Part shown: in pieces, positions 31,757-40,969 of the stretch
Layout of the letters: each line of letters opens with the position of its first letter
How positions within the stretch are numbered: the stretch's first letter is position 1
Assembly (NCBI GenBank): GCA_965227295.1
Contig: OZ245742.1
Span: 4,704,001 to 4,768,000, forward strand
DNA from: Leptonemataceae bacterium
GTDB lineage: Bacteria > Spirochaetota > Leptospiria > Leptospirales > Leptonemataceae
DNA: 64,000 nt
Reading direction: 5' to 3'
Position numbers and translations under genes: made by a program
Notes under the pieces: model-generated
The model's database searches: none
What the model was told of the DNA's origin: nothing
Seen by the model: the letters and a program-made list of their open reading frames with translations, nothing else

Positions 31757-32254
31757 TTAGCCGGCGGCCGTCGTAAGAAGTACCGTCGCGAGACAGCCCA
31801 AACCTTCGGCACGGCCCAGGGCACCCATCTTTTCAGTAGTGGTCGCTTTCAGGCCCACACGGTCCAGGTCGACGCCGCAAATTTTTGCCAGACTTTCACG
31901 GATGGCCGGTTTGTACGGGGACAGCCGGGGCTTCTGGCCAATGACGGTTACGTCCAAATTGGCGAAGCGATAGCCGGCCGCCTTCATTTTTTCCAGGGCC
32001 AGCGACATGATGTGTACGGAGTTCAGGTTTTTGTGCGCGGGATCGGTGTCCGGAAAAAATTCGCCGATGTCTCCAAGACCGAGGGCGCCGAGCACGGCAT
32101 CCGCCAGGGCGTGCAGGATCAGGTCGGCATCGGAATGCCCTTCCAGGGCCAGCTCGCCGGGAACCTCCACCGCTCCGAGGAGAAGCGGCCGGTCGGCGTC
32201 TTCGATCAACCGGTGAAAGTCCAGGCCGGTCCCCGTGCGCAAATCCGGAATCAC
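31757..32254 (-). CDS. ispF: 2-C-methyl-D-erythritol 2,4-cyclodiphosphate synthase
   Basis: G.GLDFH, GHSDAD..LHALADAVLGA..LGDIG..FPDTD, KATTTEKMG. Confidence 0.97.
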   Translation of the reverse strand: MIPDLRTGTGLDFHRLIEDADRPLLLGAVEVPGELALEGHSDADLILHALADAVLGALGLGDIGEFFPDTDPAHKNLNSVHIMSLALEKMKAAGYRFANLDVTVIGQKPRLSPYKPAIRESLAKICGVDLDRVGLKATTTEKMGALGRAEGLGCLATVLLTTAAG

Positions 32255-32264
32255 GGAAAGAGCG

Positions 32265-33245
32265 TCATACGATTTCCAGCATGCGGTCTACTGCTTTTTT
32301 CGCGCGCAACCGAATGTCCTCGGGAACATGGACCTCCACTTTTTCGTGGAGCAGCGCGTCCCGTACCTTCGTCAGCGTAATCTTTTTCATATGCGGACAG
32401 GTGTGACAGGTGGACACAAAGTTCCGGTCCGGAAATTGATTGCGCAGGTTGTCCGCCATGCTGCATTCCGTGACGAGCATGATGTTCTTGCCCGGACTCT
32501 CGCGGATGAAGTCCGCCATCTGCGACGTGCTGCCCGCGAAGTCCGAGGCGCCGGTCACGTCGGTATTGCACTCCGGATGCGAAACAATGACCAGGTCGTC
32601 GAACTGGCGGCGCGTCATTTCCAGGTCCTCGGCGGTGTACTGCTCGTGCACCATGCACTTGCCCTGCTCCCAGGAGATGATTTCCTTTTTTGTCTGGAGT
32701 GCGATGTTTCGCGCCAGATACTCGTCCGGTAGAAAGATGACCCGATCGCCGGGAACACTTTCCACGACCTGCAAGGCGTTGGCGCTGGTGCAGCAGACAT
32801 CCGTCTCCGCTTTGACCTCGGCAGTACAGTTCACGTAGGTGACGACCGGCACGCCGGGATACGCTTCTTTGAGTTTGCGAACGTCCGCGCCGGTAATGCT
32901 TTCTGCCAGCGAACAGCCGGCTTCGGGATCGGCGATGAGGACCTTGCGTTCCGGGTTCAGAATCTTCGCCGTCTCCGCCATGAAGTGGACGCCGTTGAAC
33001 AGGATGATATCTGCGTTCACCTCCGCGGCCTTGCGCGACAGCCCCAGGGAATCGCCGATGAAATCGGAAACGCCGTGATAGACGTCCGGCGTCATGTAGT
33101 TGTGACCGAGGATGACGGCGTTCTTCTCACGCTTGAGCGCGTGGATTTCTTCGATGACCGGCATGGCCATGTCCACCTCGACGGGCGTCATGGTGGAAGC
33201 GTCGAGAGCCTTGCGAATTTCTGTAAGATCCTGAGTGGCCTGCAT
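32265..33245 (-). CDS. nadA: Quinolinate synthase
   Basis: [57 protein letters not shown]. Confidence 0.97.
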   Translation of the reverse strand: MQATQDLTEIRKALDASTMTPVEVDMAMPVIEEIHALKREKNAVILGHNYMTPDVYHGVSDFIGDSLGLSRKAAEVNADIILFNGVHFMAETAKILNPERKVLIADPEAGCSLAESITGADVRKLKEAYPGVPVVTYVNCTAEVKAETDVCCTSANALQVVESVPGDRVIFLPDEYLARNIALQTKKEIISWEQGKCMVHEQYTAEDLEMTRRQFDDLVIVSHPECNTDVTGASDFAGSTSQMADFIRESPGKNIMLVTECSMADNLRNQFPDRNFVSTCHTCPHMKKITLTKVRDALLHEKVEVHVPEDIRLRAKKAVDRMLEIV

Positions 33246-33338
33246 ATGTATAGTAAAGAGAGCGGCACTGTCTACAGCAAGAAATAATTTCCGACAAAAA
33301 CCATTGCCCGCGCGCAAAGCGAAAGATTTTATGATGTT

Positions 33339-33596
33339 ATGGCCGACGCAGACGACTCCGAGCTGATTCCGCTGAACGTCCCGGACATCGGCGATGCCGA
33401 AAAGATCGAACTGGTGGCGTGGTACGTGGCCGCGGGGGACACGGTGAACGAAGGCCAGGAACTCTGTGAACTCGTTACGGACAAAGCCGCCTTTCCCCTG
33501 GAGTCACCGCGAACCGGTGTCGTGGCGGAGATTAAGAAAGACCAGGGCAGCACCGTCGAAGTCGGCGAAACCCTGGTAATGCTACGGCCCGGTTAA
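33339..33596 (+). CDS. Stand-alone lipoyl/biotinyl carrier domain protein
   Basis: VPDIGD...W.V..GD.V..G..L.ELVTDKA..LESP..G; 85 aa. Confidence 0.88.
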   Translation: MADADDSELIPLNVPDIGDAEKIELVAWYVAAGDTVNEGQELCELVTDKAAFPLESPRTGVVAEIKKDQGSTVEVGETLVMLRPG

Positions 33597-34538
33597 GCTT
33601 TCCAGGAACACCCCGGCGATGCCTGACATTCCCTCAGTGTAACTCTGCATTTTCAACGGGGAGACCAACAACACGTCGCCGCCGAGTTCTCCGGCAACCA
33701 CCTGCGCCGTACGCTCACTCATTTCCGGCTGCACGATGACCCTGCGCAGCCCCAGGGCCTTCCCCCGGCGCACCACTTCCATAAGATGCTTCGGTCCCGG
33801 CTCGCGACCGTTCTCTTCAATGACGATCGTTTCCAGGCCGTAGGCCCGGGCAAAATAACTCCAGCTCGGATGAAAGACGATCACACTGCGACCGGCCACG
33901 GGTTGCAGTCGTTCGCGCAGCCGACGATCCAGGCCCGCCAGCTCTTGTTGAAACTCCCGCGTTCGACGACGAAAAGCGTCCGCATCTCCCGGGGCCAGGC
34001 CGATCAGAATCTCGCACAGGGCCTCAGCCTGACGCGAGACGAGCGACGGGTCCAGCCAGATGTGCGGATTACTGCCGGCGGTGTCGTGGTGATGATCTTC
34101 GCCGTGATCTCCGTGCTCGTGATCGTAAATCAATGCATCGTCAACGGCACCGCGGGCGTCGAAGACGATCATATCCGGATTCACGGAGCGAAAGCGTTCC
34201 ATCCAGGCGCCTTCAAATTCCACGCCGGTGCGCACATACAAAGCGGCGCGCTCCAGGTCCCGCACGCGAGACGGCGGTGGTTCGAAGCTGTGCGGACTCA
34301 TGCCCGGCGGCACCATCACAATCACCTGGACGCCATCGCCGCCGATGCCCTCGACCAAAAATCGCTGGGGCAAAACGCTGACCGCTACTATTATTTTTTG
34401 CGAGCCCGTCGCCGGGTCGGTGGGAGCTTCTTCGCAGACAAACGTAAGCAGAACGAAAGGCAGCAGGAGGATTCGGCGCAGCATGGACAACATAGATGCA
34501 ACGCGGGCGCAGCGGTTACAGAAAACGAATCGATTCAT
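33582..34538 (-). CDS. Zn/Mn ABC transporter substrate-binding protein (ZnuA/TroA family)
   Basis: SPHSFEP, His-rich loop DHEHGDHGEDHHHD, NPHIWLDP, FHPSWSYFARAYGL; ATG overlaps stop of upstream RibD-like gene. Confidence 0.9.
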   Translation of the reverse strand: MNRFVFCNRCARVASMLSMLRRILLLPFVLLTFVCEEAPTDPATGSQKIIVAVSVLPQRFLVEGIGGDGVQVIVMVPPGMSPHSFEPPPSRVRDLERAALYVRTGVEFEGAWMERFRSVNPDMIVFDARGAVDDALIYDHEHGDHGEDHHHDTAGSNPHIWLDPSLVSRQAEALCEILIGLAPGDADAFRRRTREFQQELAGLDRRLRERLQPVAGRSVIVFHPSWSYFARAYGLETIVIEENGREPGPKHLMEVVRRGKALGLRRVIVQPEMSERTAQVVAGELGGDVLLVSPLKMQSYTEGMSGIAGVFLESLTGP

Positions 34539-35209
34539 CTACGGCGTCGGTACTGAAGAAAGATTTCGTCGGACTCACGCTCCGGTTCGCAGGACACCAG
34601 TTCCCAGCGATTCTCGTCGAAGCCCGGGAAGGCCGTGTCGCCGTTCACGATGCCCGAAAGCCCGCGCACGCCGACCAGGTGCGGCACCAGCGTGAGATAC
34701 AACCAGTCCACCAGGTCCGCGGAGAAAAAGGCGTGATTCACCGACGGCCCGCCTTCGAGTAAAAGCCGCCGCACGCCCCGCTCATCATACAGGTACCGCA
34801 ACACGGCCGCCGGGTGGAGATCATCGCGATCCCGCATGACGACATCGGCAATGCCCTCGAACTTTCGCAGCTCAGCCGGATCGTTCTCGCGATCGGTGAA
34901 GAGGATCGGCCGCACGCGCTCGTCGCGAAACATTTGCAGATGCGCCGGCGGCAACGAACTGCGCGCGATCATCACCGGCACCGGCGGGCGATCATCGTGG
35001 TTCGTATGCGGATGTTCGGGCAACACGCGGGGATCGTCGTTGCTGACGGAGTTTTTGCCGACCATGATTGCGTCGGCCTGGCGACGGTAGACGTCCATGC
35101 GTCGCGAGTCGAAGATGGAGGTCATGCCGTGCCAGGTCCCGTCCGGCCGGGTAACCTTGCCGTCGAGAGTCATGGCCATATTCACGCGAACTTCGGGGCG
35201 GGAGGACAT
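34535..35209 (-). CDS. RibD C-terminal (pyrimidine reductase) domain protein
   Basis: NMAMTLDGK, DAIMVG, DDP, LLLEGGP, LTLVPHLVG; no deaminase domain. Confidence 0.88.
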   Translation of the reverse strand: MSSRPEVRVNMAMTLDGKVTRPDGTWHGMTSIFDSRRMDVYRRQADAIMVGKNSVSNDDPRVLPEHPHTNHDDRPPVPVMIARSSLPPAHLQMFRDERVRPILFTDRENDPAELRKFEGIADVVMRDRDDLHPAAVLRYLYDERGVRRLLLEGGPSVNHAFFSADLVDWLYLTLVPHLVGVRGLSGIVNGDTAFPGFDENRWELVSCEPERESDEIFLQYRRRR

Positions 35210-35215
35210 TTTTTT

Positions 35216-35287
35216 ACTCCGAGGACCGAGGGGCCGAGTTTTTTTGGGAGGGCATTTTAATTCCCTCGTTCCCTCGGTCCTCGAAGT
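35216..35287. repeat. REP/MITE-like element, ACTCCGAGGACCGAG family
   Basis: ACTCCGAGGACCGAGGG ... CCCTCGGTCCTCGAAGT (one mismatch) filling the IMPase/RibD spacer. Confidence 0.88.
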
Positions 35288-35296
35288 CAAAAACTC

Positions 35297-36139
35297 TTAA
35301 TTCATACCTTCCACTTTGCGCGCTTTCCCGAGCAATTCCAGAATCTGCGGATGCAACAATGCATTGGAGGCAATCACATCACTGAGAAACAAGTCAAACG
35401 GCTTGCCGTCGAAGTCCGAGAGTCGGCCGCCGGCTTCGCGGAGAATGACCGACGGCGCGCAGAGATCGTGGGGATCCAGGCCGCGCTCCCACATGGCGTC
35501 CAGGCGCCCCTCGGCCACCCAGCAGAGATCCAGAATGGCCGAGCCGGTACGACGCAGACCGGTGCCGCTCGTGATAAACGCGGAAACATCGGCGACGATT
35601 TCGGTGATGATCTCCTGGCGACGATACGGCAAACCCGTGGCGATCAACGTGCGTTCAATGCGCGAAAGACCGCTGACCTCGATGGGATTGTGGTTCTTGT
35701 AAGCCCCGTCGCCGTGCACGGCGTGATACAAATCCGAGAAGGCCGGCACCATCACCACGCCCGCCACCGGCGTCCCCCGAAAGCAGAGACCCGCGGCGAT
35801 GCAGAACAATGGTACGCCGTGAATGTAGTTACGCGTTCCGTCGAGGGGATCCAGCCACCACTCGAACTCACCGTCTTCTCCGGCCCGGCCCCGTTCCTCA
35901 CTGTAGATACGGTCGCGGGGATAGTGGTCGTTGATCGTCGCGATCATGGAGTCTTCGATCTGGAGCTCGGCTTTTTTCATGAGCTCGCGGTCGGCGATCG
36001 CGGAGGATGAGCGCGCAATGTGCGCCTCTTTCTGGTACGAGAGCAGGTTCATGCCCAGGCCGGGCAGGATGTGCATGAGATGCGCAATGCGATTTTCGAC
36101 TTCGTCCTGGGGAAAGGGTAACTGGGCGGTTTCGGTCAT
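35297..36139 (-). CDS. Inositol monophosphatase family protein
   Basis: SEE, WWLDPLDGTRNY, RRTGSAILDLCWVAEGR, D..A...I.REAGG. Confidence 0.92.
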   Translation of the reverse strand: MTETAQLPFPQDEVENRIAHLMHILPGLGMNLLSYQKEAHIARSSSAIADRELMKKAELQIEDSMIATINDHYPRDRIYSEERGRAGEDGEFEWWLDPLDGTRNYIHGVPLFCIAAGLCFRGTPVAGVVMVPAFSDLYHAVHGDGAYKNHNPIEVSGLSRIERTLIATGLPYRRQEIITEIVADVSAFITSGTGLRRTGSAILDLCWVAEGRLDAMWERGLDPHDLCAPSVILREAGGRLSDFDGKPFDLFLSDVIASNALLHPQILELLGKARKVEGMN

Positions 36140-36158
36140 GGTGTAACTTCGAACGTTT

Positions 36159-36956
36159 TCAATTTTCTGCGGACCCTGCCTCGTCCAGATCGTCAGCGAG
36201 ATCCTCGGGCACTTCCTGGCCGGCACCGGAGACGACGGGCAGGTCCTTTTTGAGATCCTCTTCGGTGCGCCGGGAACCCGGCACGCGCAGGCTGCGCCAG
36301 TTCTCGAGGATCTTCTGAATGCGCTTGCGGATTTGAATGACCGGGGCCACCTTGGTGGTCAGCGTCGCGAAGTCCGGATGCATTTCTGCTTCCATGGTCT
36401 GACTGCCGAAGGTCTTGCGCAAATTGAATTCACCCTTCGTGCCGACTTCCGTGTTGATAAACAGCAGCGCCTTCTTGTAGGCATTCTCCAGGTGGCCGCG
36501 GTACGAAATCGTGTTGTGCGCCTGGATGAGCGTGTTCTGAACGTTGCGGGTCAACTCTTTCCGATCCACCTGTCGTTGTTCCAGTTGCTGCTTCGCCAGA
36601 AACTTGAAGTGCCGGAACTTTTCTTCGACCAGATCGACACTGCGTTCGAGGTAGTCCAGATTTTCCCGGTACCATTCGAAGAAGCGAAAGAGAGCATAGT
36701 AGGTGCGCGGCTTGGCCCGATCCACCAGCGCTCCGGTGTCCCGGGAGAACTGATCCGGCTCGAAGGCGTAGGCGCGCATCCAGGGTTTGTCCGGTGAGAA
36801 GTTCAGCTTCAGGAAGTACTCGAAGGGATAGATGTTCGGCGGCGGGATCTTCAACCGCAGCTTCATGATGGATTCGTTGTCCTCTTTGAACAGCATCTCC
36901 AGGGCCACGTTGATTTCGTGGGAGATGAATTCATCGATGTCCGGTAAGTCTGGCAT
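36159..36956 (-). CDS. Hypothetical cytoplasmic protein
   Basis: 265-aa ORF with normal amino-acid composition, fits the minus-strand gene run; no motif recognised. Confidence 0.75.
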   Translation of the reverse strand: MPDLPDIDEFISHEINVALEMLFKEDNESIMKLRLKIPPPNIYPFEYFLKLNFSPDKPWMRAYAFEPDQFSRDTGALVDRAKPRTYYALFRFFEWYRENLDYLERSVDLVEEKFRHFKFLAKQQLEQRQVDRKELTRNVQNTLIQAHNTISYRGHLENAYKKALLFINTEVGTKGEFNLRKTFGSQTMEAEMHPDFATLTTKVAPVIQIRKRIQKILENWRSLRVPGSRRTEEDLKKDLPVVSGAGQEVPEDLADDLDEAGSAEN

Positions 36957-36980
36957 GTTGCAGATGATGGAAAACAGGAC

Positions 36981-37535
36981 TCAGTCGCCGCGATCTCCGG
37001 TACCGCCGCGCCCACGAGCGGCCAGGTACCGCACCATCGCCCGGGCGAAGTCCGGCAGGTCCGGCGGTCGGCGGGCCGTAATGAAATTATCGTCCTCGAC
37101 CACCGGTTGATCGAGCCAGGTCGCTCCGGCATTTTCGAGATCGTCACGAATCCCGGGCGTGCTGGTGACGGTCCGTCCGTTTACGATCTTCGCCGAGATG
37201 GGAATCCAGCCGGCGTGACAGATGAACGCAATCATCTTGCCGTTCGACTGGAATTCCCGACAGAGCTCCAGGACTCGCGGAATGCGGCGGAGTTTGTCCG
37301 GCATGAAGCCGCCCGGAATCAACAGGCCGTCGTACTCCGACTCGCGGACCGCATCGATGCGAGCTTCAGCCTCGGCCGGATAGCCGTGTTTTCCCGTGTA
37401 CGTGCGGATCTCCTCGGCGGCCAGTGTAACCACTGCCCCCTCCTCCTGGAGGCGCAGCAGCGGGTACCAGAGTTCCAGGTCCTCGTAAACATCGCCGACG
37501 AAGGCCAGGACCCGTATACCCGTCAAATCGCCCAC
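36981..37535 (-). CDS. DJ-1/PfpI family protein
   Basis: YEDLELWYP, IPGGFMPDKLR, FICHAGW, TARRPPDLP; GTG start at 37535. Confidence 0.92.
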   Translation of the reverse strand: MGDLTGIRVLAFVGDVYEDLELWYPLLRLQEEGAVVTLAAEEIRTYTGKHGYPAEAEARIDAVRESEYDGLLIPGGFMPDKLRRIPRVLELCREFQSNGKMIAFICHAGWIPISAKIVNGRTVTSTPGIRDDLENAGATWLDQPVVEDDNFITARRPPDLPDFARAMVRYLAARGRGGTGDRGD

Positions 37536-37680
37536 GGTTGCAAGGATAAGATGAAATGCCGGAGCGTCCAATATTTTCAGTGAAAACGCGGGCCAGGAAA
37601 AAAACGAAAAAAGTTGCGGCGGCTGTCGATTTCCGCCCCGCCTGATCGTTTTCCGGCAAACAACAATCTGGAGACGCAAC

Positions 37681-38028
37681 ATGCGCTATTTGATTTTACT
37701 TTACGATAACGAGGAGTCCGGGGCGGAACACGCCGAGGCCGACATGCCCCTCTGGTTCGAAGTGACCCGGGACCTGCGGGCTTCCGGAAAGATGCTGGGC
37801 GGTGAAGCCCTGGAACCGACGGCCACGGCAACGACGCTGCGGCGGGACGGAGAAAAGCTGCTCACCCTGGACGGACCTTTCGCGGAGACCAAAGAACAAC
37901 TCGGCGGCTTCTACATGATTGAAGCCGGCAATCTGGACGAGGCCATGGAGTGGGCCGCCCGCATGCCGAACCTTCGTCACGGCGGTTCCGTTGAAATTCG
38001 GCCGATCATGGAGTTTCCCGAAGAATAG
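37681..38028 (+). CDS. YciI/DGPF family protein
   Basis: DGPFAETKEQLGGFYMIE; RBS GGAG. Confidence 0.93.
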   Translation: MRYLILLYDNEESGAEHAEADMPLWFEVTRDLRASGKMLGGEALEPTATATTLRRDGEKLLTLDGPFAETKEQLGGFYMIEAGNLDEAMEWAARMPNLRHGGSVEIRPIMEFPEE

Positions 38029-38042
38029 GACCTACCGTGCGA

Positions 38043-39305
38043 ATGGACCTCCGCGAACACGAAACGATCCACCGGGTCTACCAGGAATGCTACGGACGCG
38101 TGGTCGCAGCACTGGCCCGGGAATTCCAGAACCTGGAGCTCGCGGAGGAAGCCGTACAGGAAGCGTTTTTGAGCGCACTGCACCGGTGGACCGCCGACAT
38201 TCCTGAAAATGCCGCCGGGTGGATCTACGTGACCGCCCGGCGGCACACCATCGACAGCCTGCGTCGCGAAAGCCTGGGCACTCGAAAGTACCGGCAGTGG
38301 CAGGGCGATCAAAGCCTCTTCAGCGAACCGGAGTCTCCGCTGTTTGAGGATGATTTTCCGGATGAACGGCTCAGCCTGATCTTCGCCTGCTGTCATCCCA
38401 CGCTGAACCTGGAAAGCCAGGTGGCCCTGACGTTGCAAACCCTCGGCGGCCTGAGAACCCGGGAGATCGCGGCGGCCTTTCTTGTACAGGAAAGCACCGT
38501 GGCCCAGCGCATCGTCCGCGCGAAACGCAAGATCGAGACGGCCGGGATTCCCTTCGCCATCCCGCCGGCGAATGCCATCGAGGATCGCCTCGAAGGCGTT
38601 CGCACGGTGCTGTATTTGATTTTCAACGAAGGCTACAGTTCCCGGGAAGGCGATGCTCTCATCCGCGCGGACCTCTGCCTGGAGGCCATCCGCCTCATGC
38701 AGATGCTCGTGCAACTGCGGCCGGAGGATTCGGAAAACCACGCCCTGCTCGCATTGGCCCTCTTCACCGATTCCCGGCGCGACGCCCGGCTGGACGCCGC
38801 GGGCCATCCCATCCTGCTGGAAGACCAGGACCGCCGCCTGTGGGATCGCCGTAAGATTCGGGCCGGTTTTCTGGCCCTGGGCCGCGCCGCGCAAAAGCAG
38901 GGCCGACCCGGCGCTGACTCCTATCTCAGCCAGGCCGCCATCGCGGCCGAGCACGCGAAATCATTCTACACCGGTCGCACGAACTACGAGGCGATCGCCG
39001 GGCACTACGAGGACCTCCTGCGCACCAGGCCCACGGCCGTGATCCGGTTGAACCACGCTGCCGCCCTGGCCCTCGCCCGCGGTCCGGAAGCCGGACTGGC
39101 CCTGCTGGATGCGGACGATCTGCGCGACGAGCTGGGCGAGTACACCTGGTACCATTCCGCCCGGGCCGAACTCCTGTTCGATCTGGAACGGCTGGACGAA
39201 TCCCGGGACGCCTATCTGGCCGCCCTCGACTGCTGCCGGAACGAGACCGGTCGCCGTCATCTCCTGCGCCGCATGCAGCGCATTCCCACACCGCCACTTC
39301 TCTAA
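38043..39305 (+). CDS. ECF RNA polymerase sigma factor with long C-terminal TPR extension (ECF42-like)
   Basis: AEEAVQEAF, LIFACCHP, AQRIVRAK, LYLIFNEGY, LEDQDRRLWD; directly downstream of DGPF gene. Confidence 0.9.
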   Translation: MDLREHETIHRVYQECYGRVVAALAREFQNLELAEEAVQEAFLSALHRWTADIPENAAGWIYVTARRHTIDSLRRESLGTRKYRQWQGDQSLFSEPESPLFEDDFPDERLSLIFACCHPTLNLESQVALTLQTLGGLRTREIAAAFLVQESTVAQRIVRAKRKIETAGIPFAIPPANAIEDRLEGVRTVLYLIFNEGYSSREGDALIRADLCLEAIRLMQMLVQLRPEDSENHALLALALFTDSRRDARLDAAGHPILLEDQDRRLWDRRKIRAGFLALGRAAQKQGRPGADSYLSQAAIAAEHAKSFYTGRTNYEAIAGHYEDLLRTRPTAVIRLNHAAALALARGPEAGLALLDADDLRDELGEYTWYHSARAELLFDLERLDESRDAYLAALDCCRNETGRRHLLRRMQRIPTPPLL

Positions 39306-39348
39306 AAATCTTTCTTTGCGGCGGCAGGATGGGCCGTCAGGCTTGCCC

Positions 39349-40950
39349 ATGCCCCGGCAGTTGGACACGGCCGAAACGATCAGCGCCCGCATTGCCGCCG
39401 GCCTGCGCGAACTCCCCGAGGACCTGGCCGGCGAACTGCGCGGCATGGTGGAACTGTTCCAACGCCGCCTGGATCTCCTGGAAGGCGAGGCCCTGCGCCG
39501 CGGCGAACACCACGACGGTTCCGAATATTTCGCGCCGGGCGCCGGCGAACGACGGACTCGCATCCGCGCGGCCCTGCACACGATCCTGAAAGAGGATCTG
39601 GTCTACTTTCTTCTAAAAGTACTGGCCGGTCGCTACGAACCGCCGCCCGGCCTGCCCCCCGTACCGAACTTCCGCCACCACGCCCTGGACATCCTGAAAG
39701 AACTCAAGGTCTACGCCTATCATCCCGCGGCGAAGGATTTCTCCCACGCGTCGATTCCGGAACGCTGGTATGTCAACCTGGCCAGGAATCAGAAGTCGCC
39801 GTGTACTCCCGAAAAGCTGCTTCAGTACCTGGCGCTGTATCGCAATCGTCTCTACTCGCTCAGCACCGGCGAAAACGAACGGCCGTATCTCTTCGCCAAC
39901 TATGCTTCGTTCGTGCGTCACTTCATCGGGGCCGAGAGTGACGAGGAGACCCTTACTTTCGAAGAGATCTATCGTGCCGAACTGCAACTCCGCCGCGAGA
40001 TCGAGGCGGCGCTGTTGTTACGAACGTCCATCGATCAATCCCTGGGCGGGCGCTCCGGTGTGATGCTTGCCCGGGAGATCGTCGCCGAACGCAGCGATCG
40101 TTTCATTACGGATCTGCACAACGAGTTCGAGAACTACTATCGCAAGGAACTGCGCCGACGCTACCGCGCTCACAGCAAGGTCCTCCGCGAAAAAGAACAC
40201 CTGGACGCCGAAATGCGCGAGGCCGCGCGGCTGCACAACAAGGCGTTGCAGAAAGATTTGCCCGGCGACGATCAGCGCGTTCGCTTCGAAGTCTGGTACG
40301 AACCCTACGTCGGTCTGGGCGGCGACTTCTATCGAGTGGACCGCATCAGCGACGATGTCTATTCGCTCTTTCTATGCGACATCGCCGGCCACGGTCTTTC
40401 GGCGGCGTTGCACTTTCATCCCGTGGTCAACGCTTTCGAACGCCAGGCGAAAGAATATCTGGAAGCACCGGAAGTTCTCTTAAAACGCATGAACGACGAT
40501 CTCTACGGCCAGTTGCGCGATAACTTCGTCACCGCGATCCACGCCGTCGTCGATCTAAAACGCGGCGAGGTGGACTACTGCAACGCCGGCCATCCGAAGG
40601 GATTCATAGCGGCCCTGGGTAGCCCCGGTCAACGCGTCCGCTTTTTGCGACCGAACTCCAAGGTCCTCGGTTGTTTTCCGCGCGTGGAGTTTCGCCGGGA
40701 CGTCGTGGAACTGTACGATGCTTCGCGTCTCGCGCTGTACACCGACGGCATCAGCGAGGCCATGGACGTCGATTACAACATGCTGGGCGAACGCGGGCTT
40801 CTGGATCTCTTCGAAGGCACACTGCACTGGGACACCCGCCGAACCCTCGATCACGTCCGCGAATCCCTGAACGAATTCAAGGGCCGGCGCAAAACCGAGG
40901 ACGATCGCTCCCTGCTGATCACGGACATCACACTAAACAATACACACTAA
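39349..40950 (+). CDS. PP2C/SpoIIE phosphatase with uncharacterised N-terminal domain
   Basis: GGDFY, CDIAGHG, NAGHP, YTDG, DDRS; start at ATG 39349. Confidence 0.88.
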   Translation: MPRQLDTAETISARIAAGLRELPEDLAGELRGMVELFQRRLDLLEGEALRRGEHHDGSEYFAPGAGERRTRIRAALHTILKEDLVYFLLKVLAGRYEPPPGLPPVPNFRHHALDILKELKVYAYHPAAKDFSHASIPERWYVNLARNQKSPCTPEKLLQYLALYRNRLYSLSTGENERPYLFANYASFVRHFIGAESDEETLTFEEIYRAELQLRREIEAALLLRTSIDQSLGGRSGVMLAREIVAERSDRFITDLHNEFENYYRKELRRRYRAHSKVLREKEHLDAEMREAARLHNKALQKDLPGDDQRVRFEVWYEPYVGLGGDFYRVDRISDDVYSLFLCDIAGHGLSAALHFHPVVNAFERQAKEYLEAPEVLLKRMNDDLYGQLRDNFVTAIHAVVDLKRGEVDYCNAGHPKGFIAALGSPGQRVRFLRPNSKVLGCFPRVEFRRDVVELYDASRLALYTDGISEAMDVDYNMLGERGLLDLFEGTLHWDTRRTLDHVRESLNEFKGRRKTEDDRSLLITDITLNNTH

Positions 40951-40969
40951 CAATCAACGAGACACACTT

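Noticed and set aside
37681..39305. DGPF protein + ECF sigma pair as a novel system
   Set aside because: Matches the known ECF42-type arrangement
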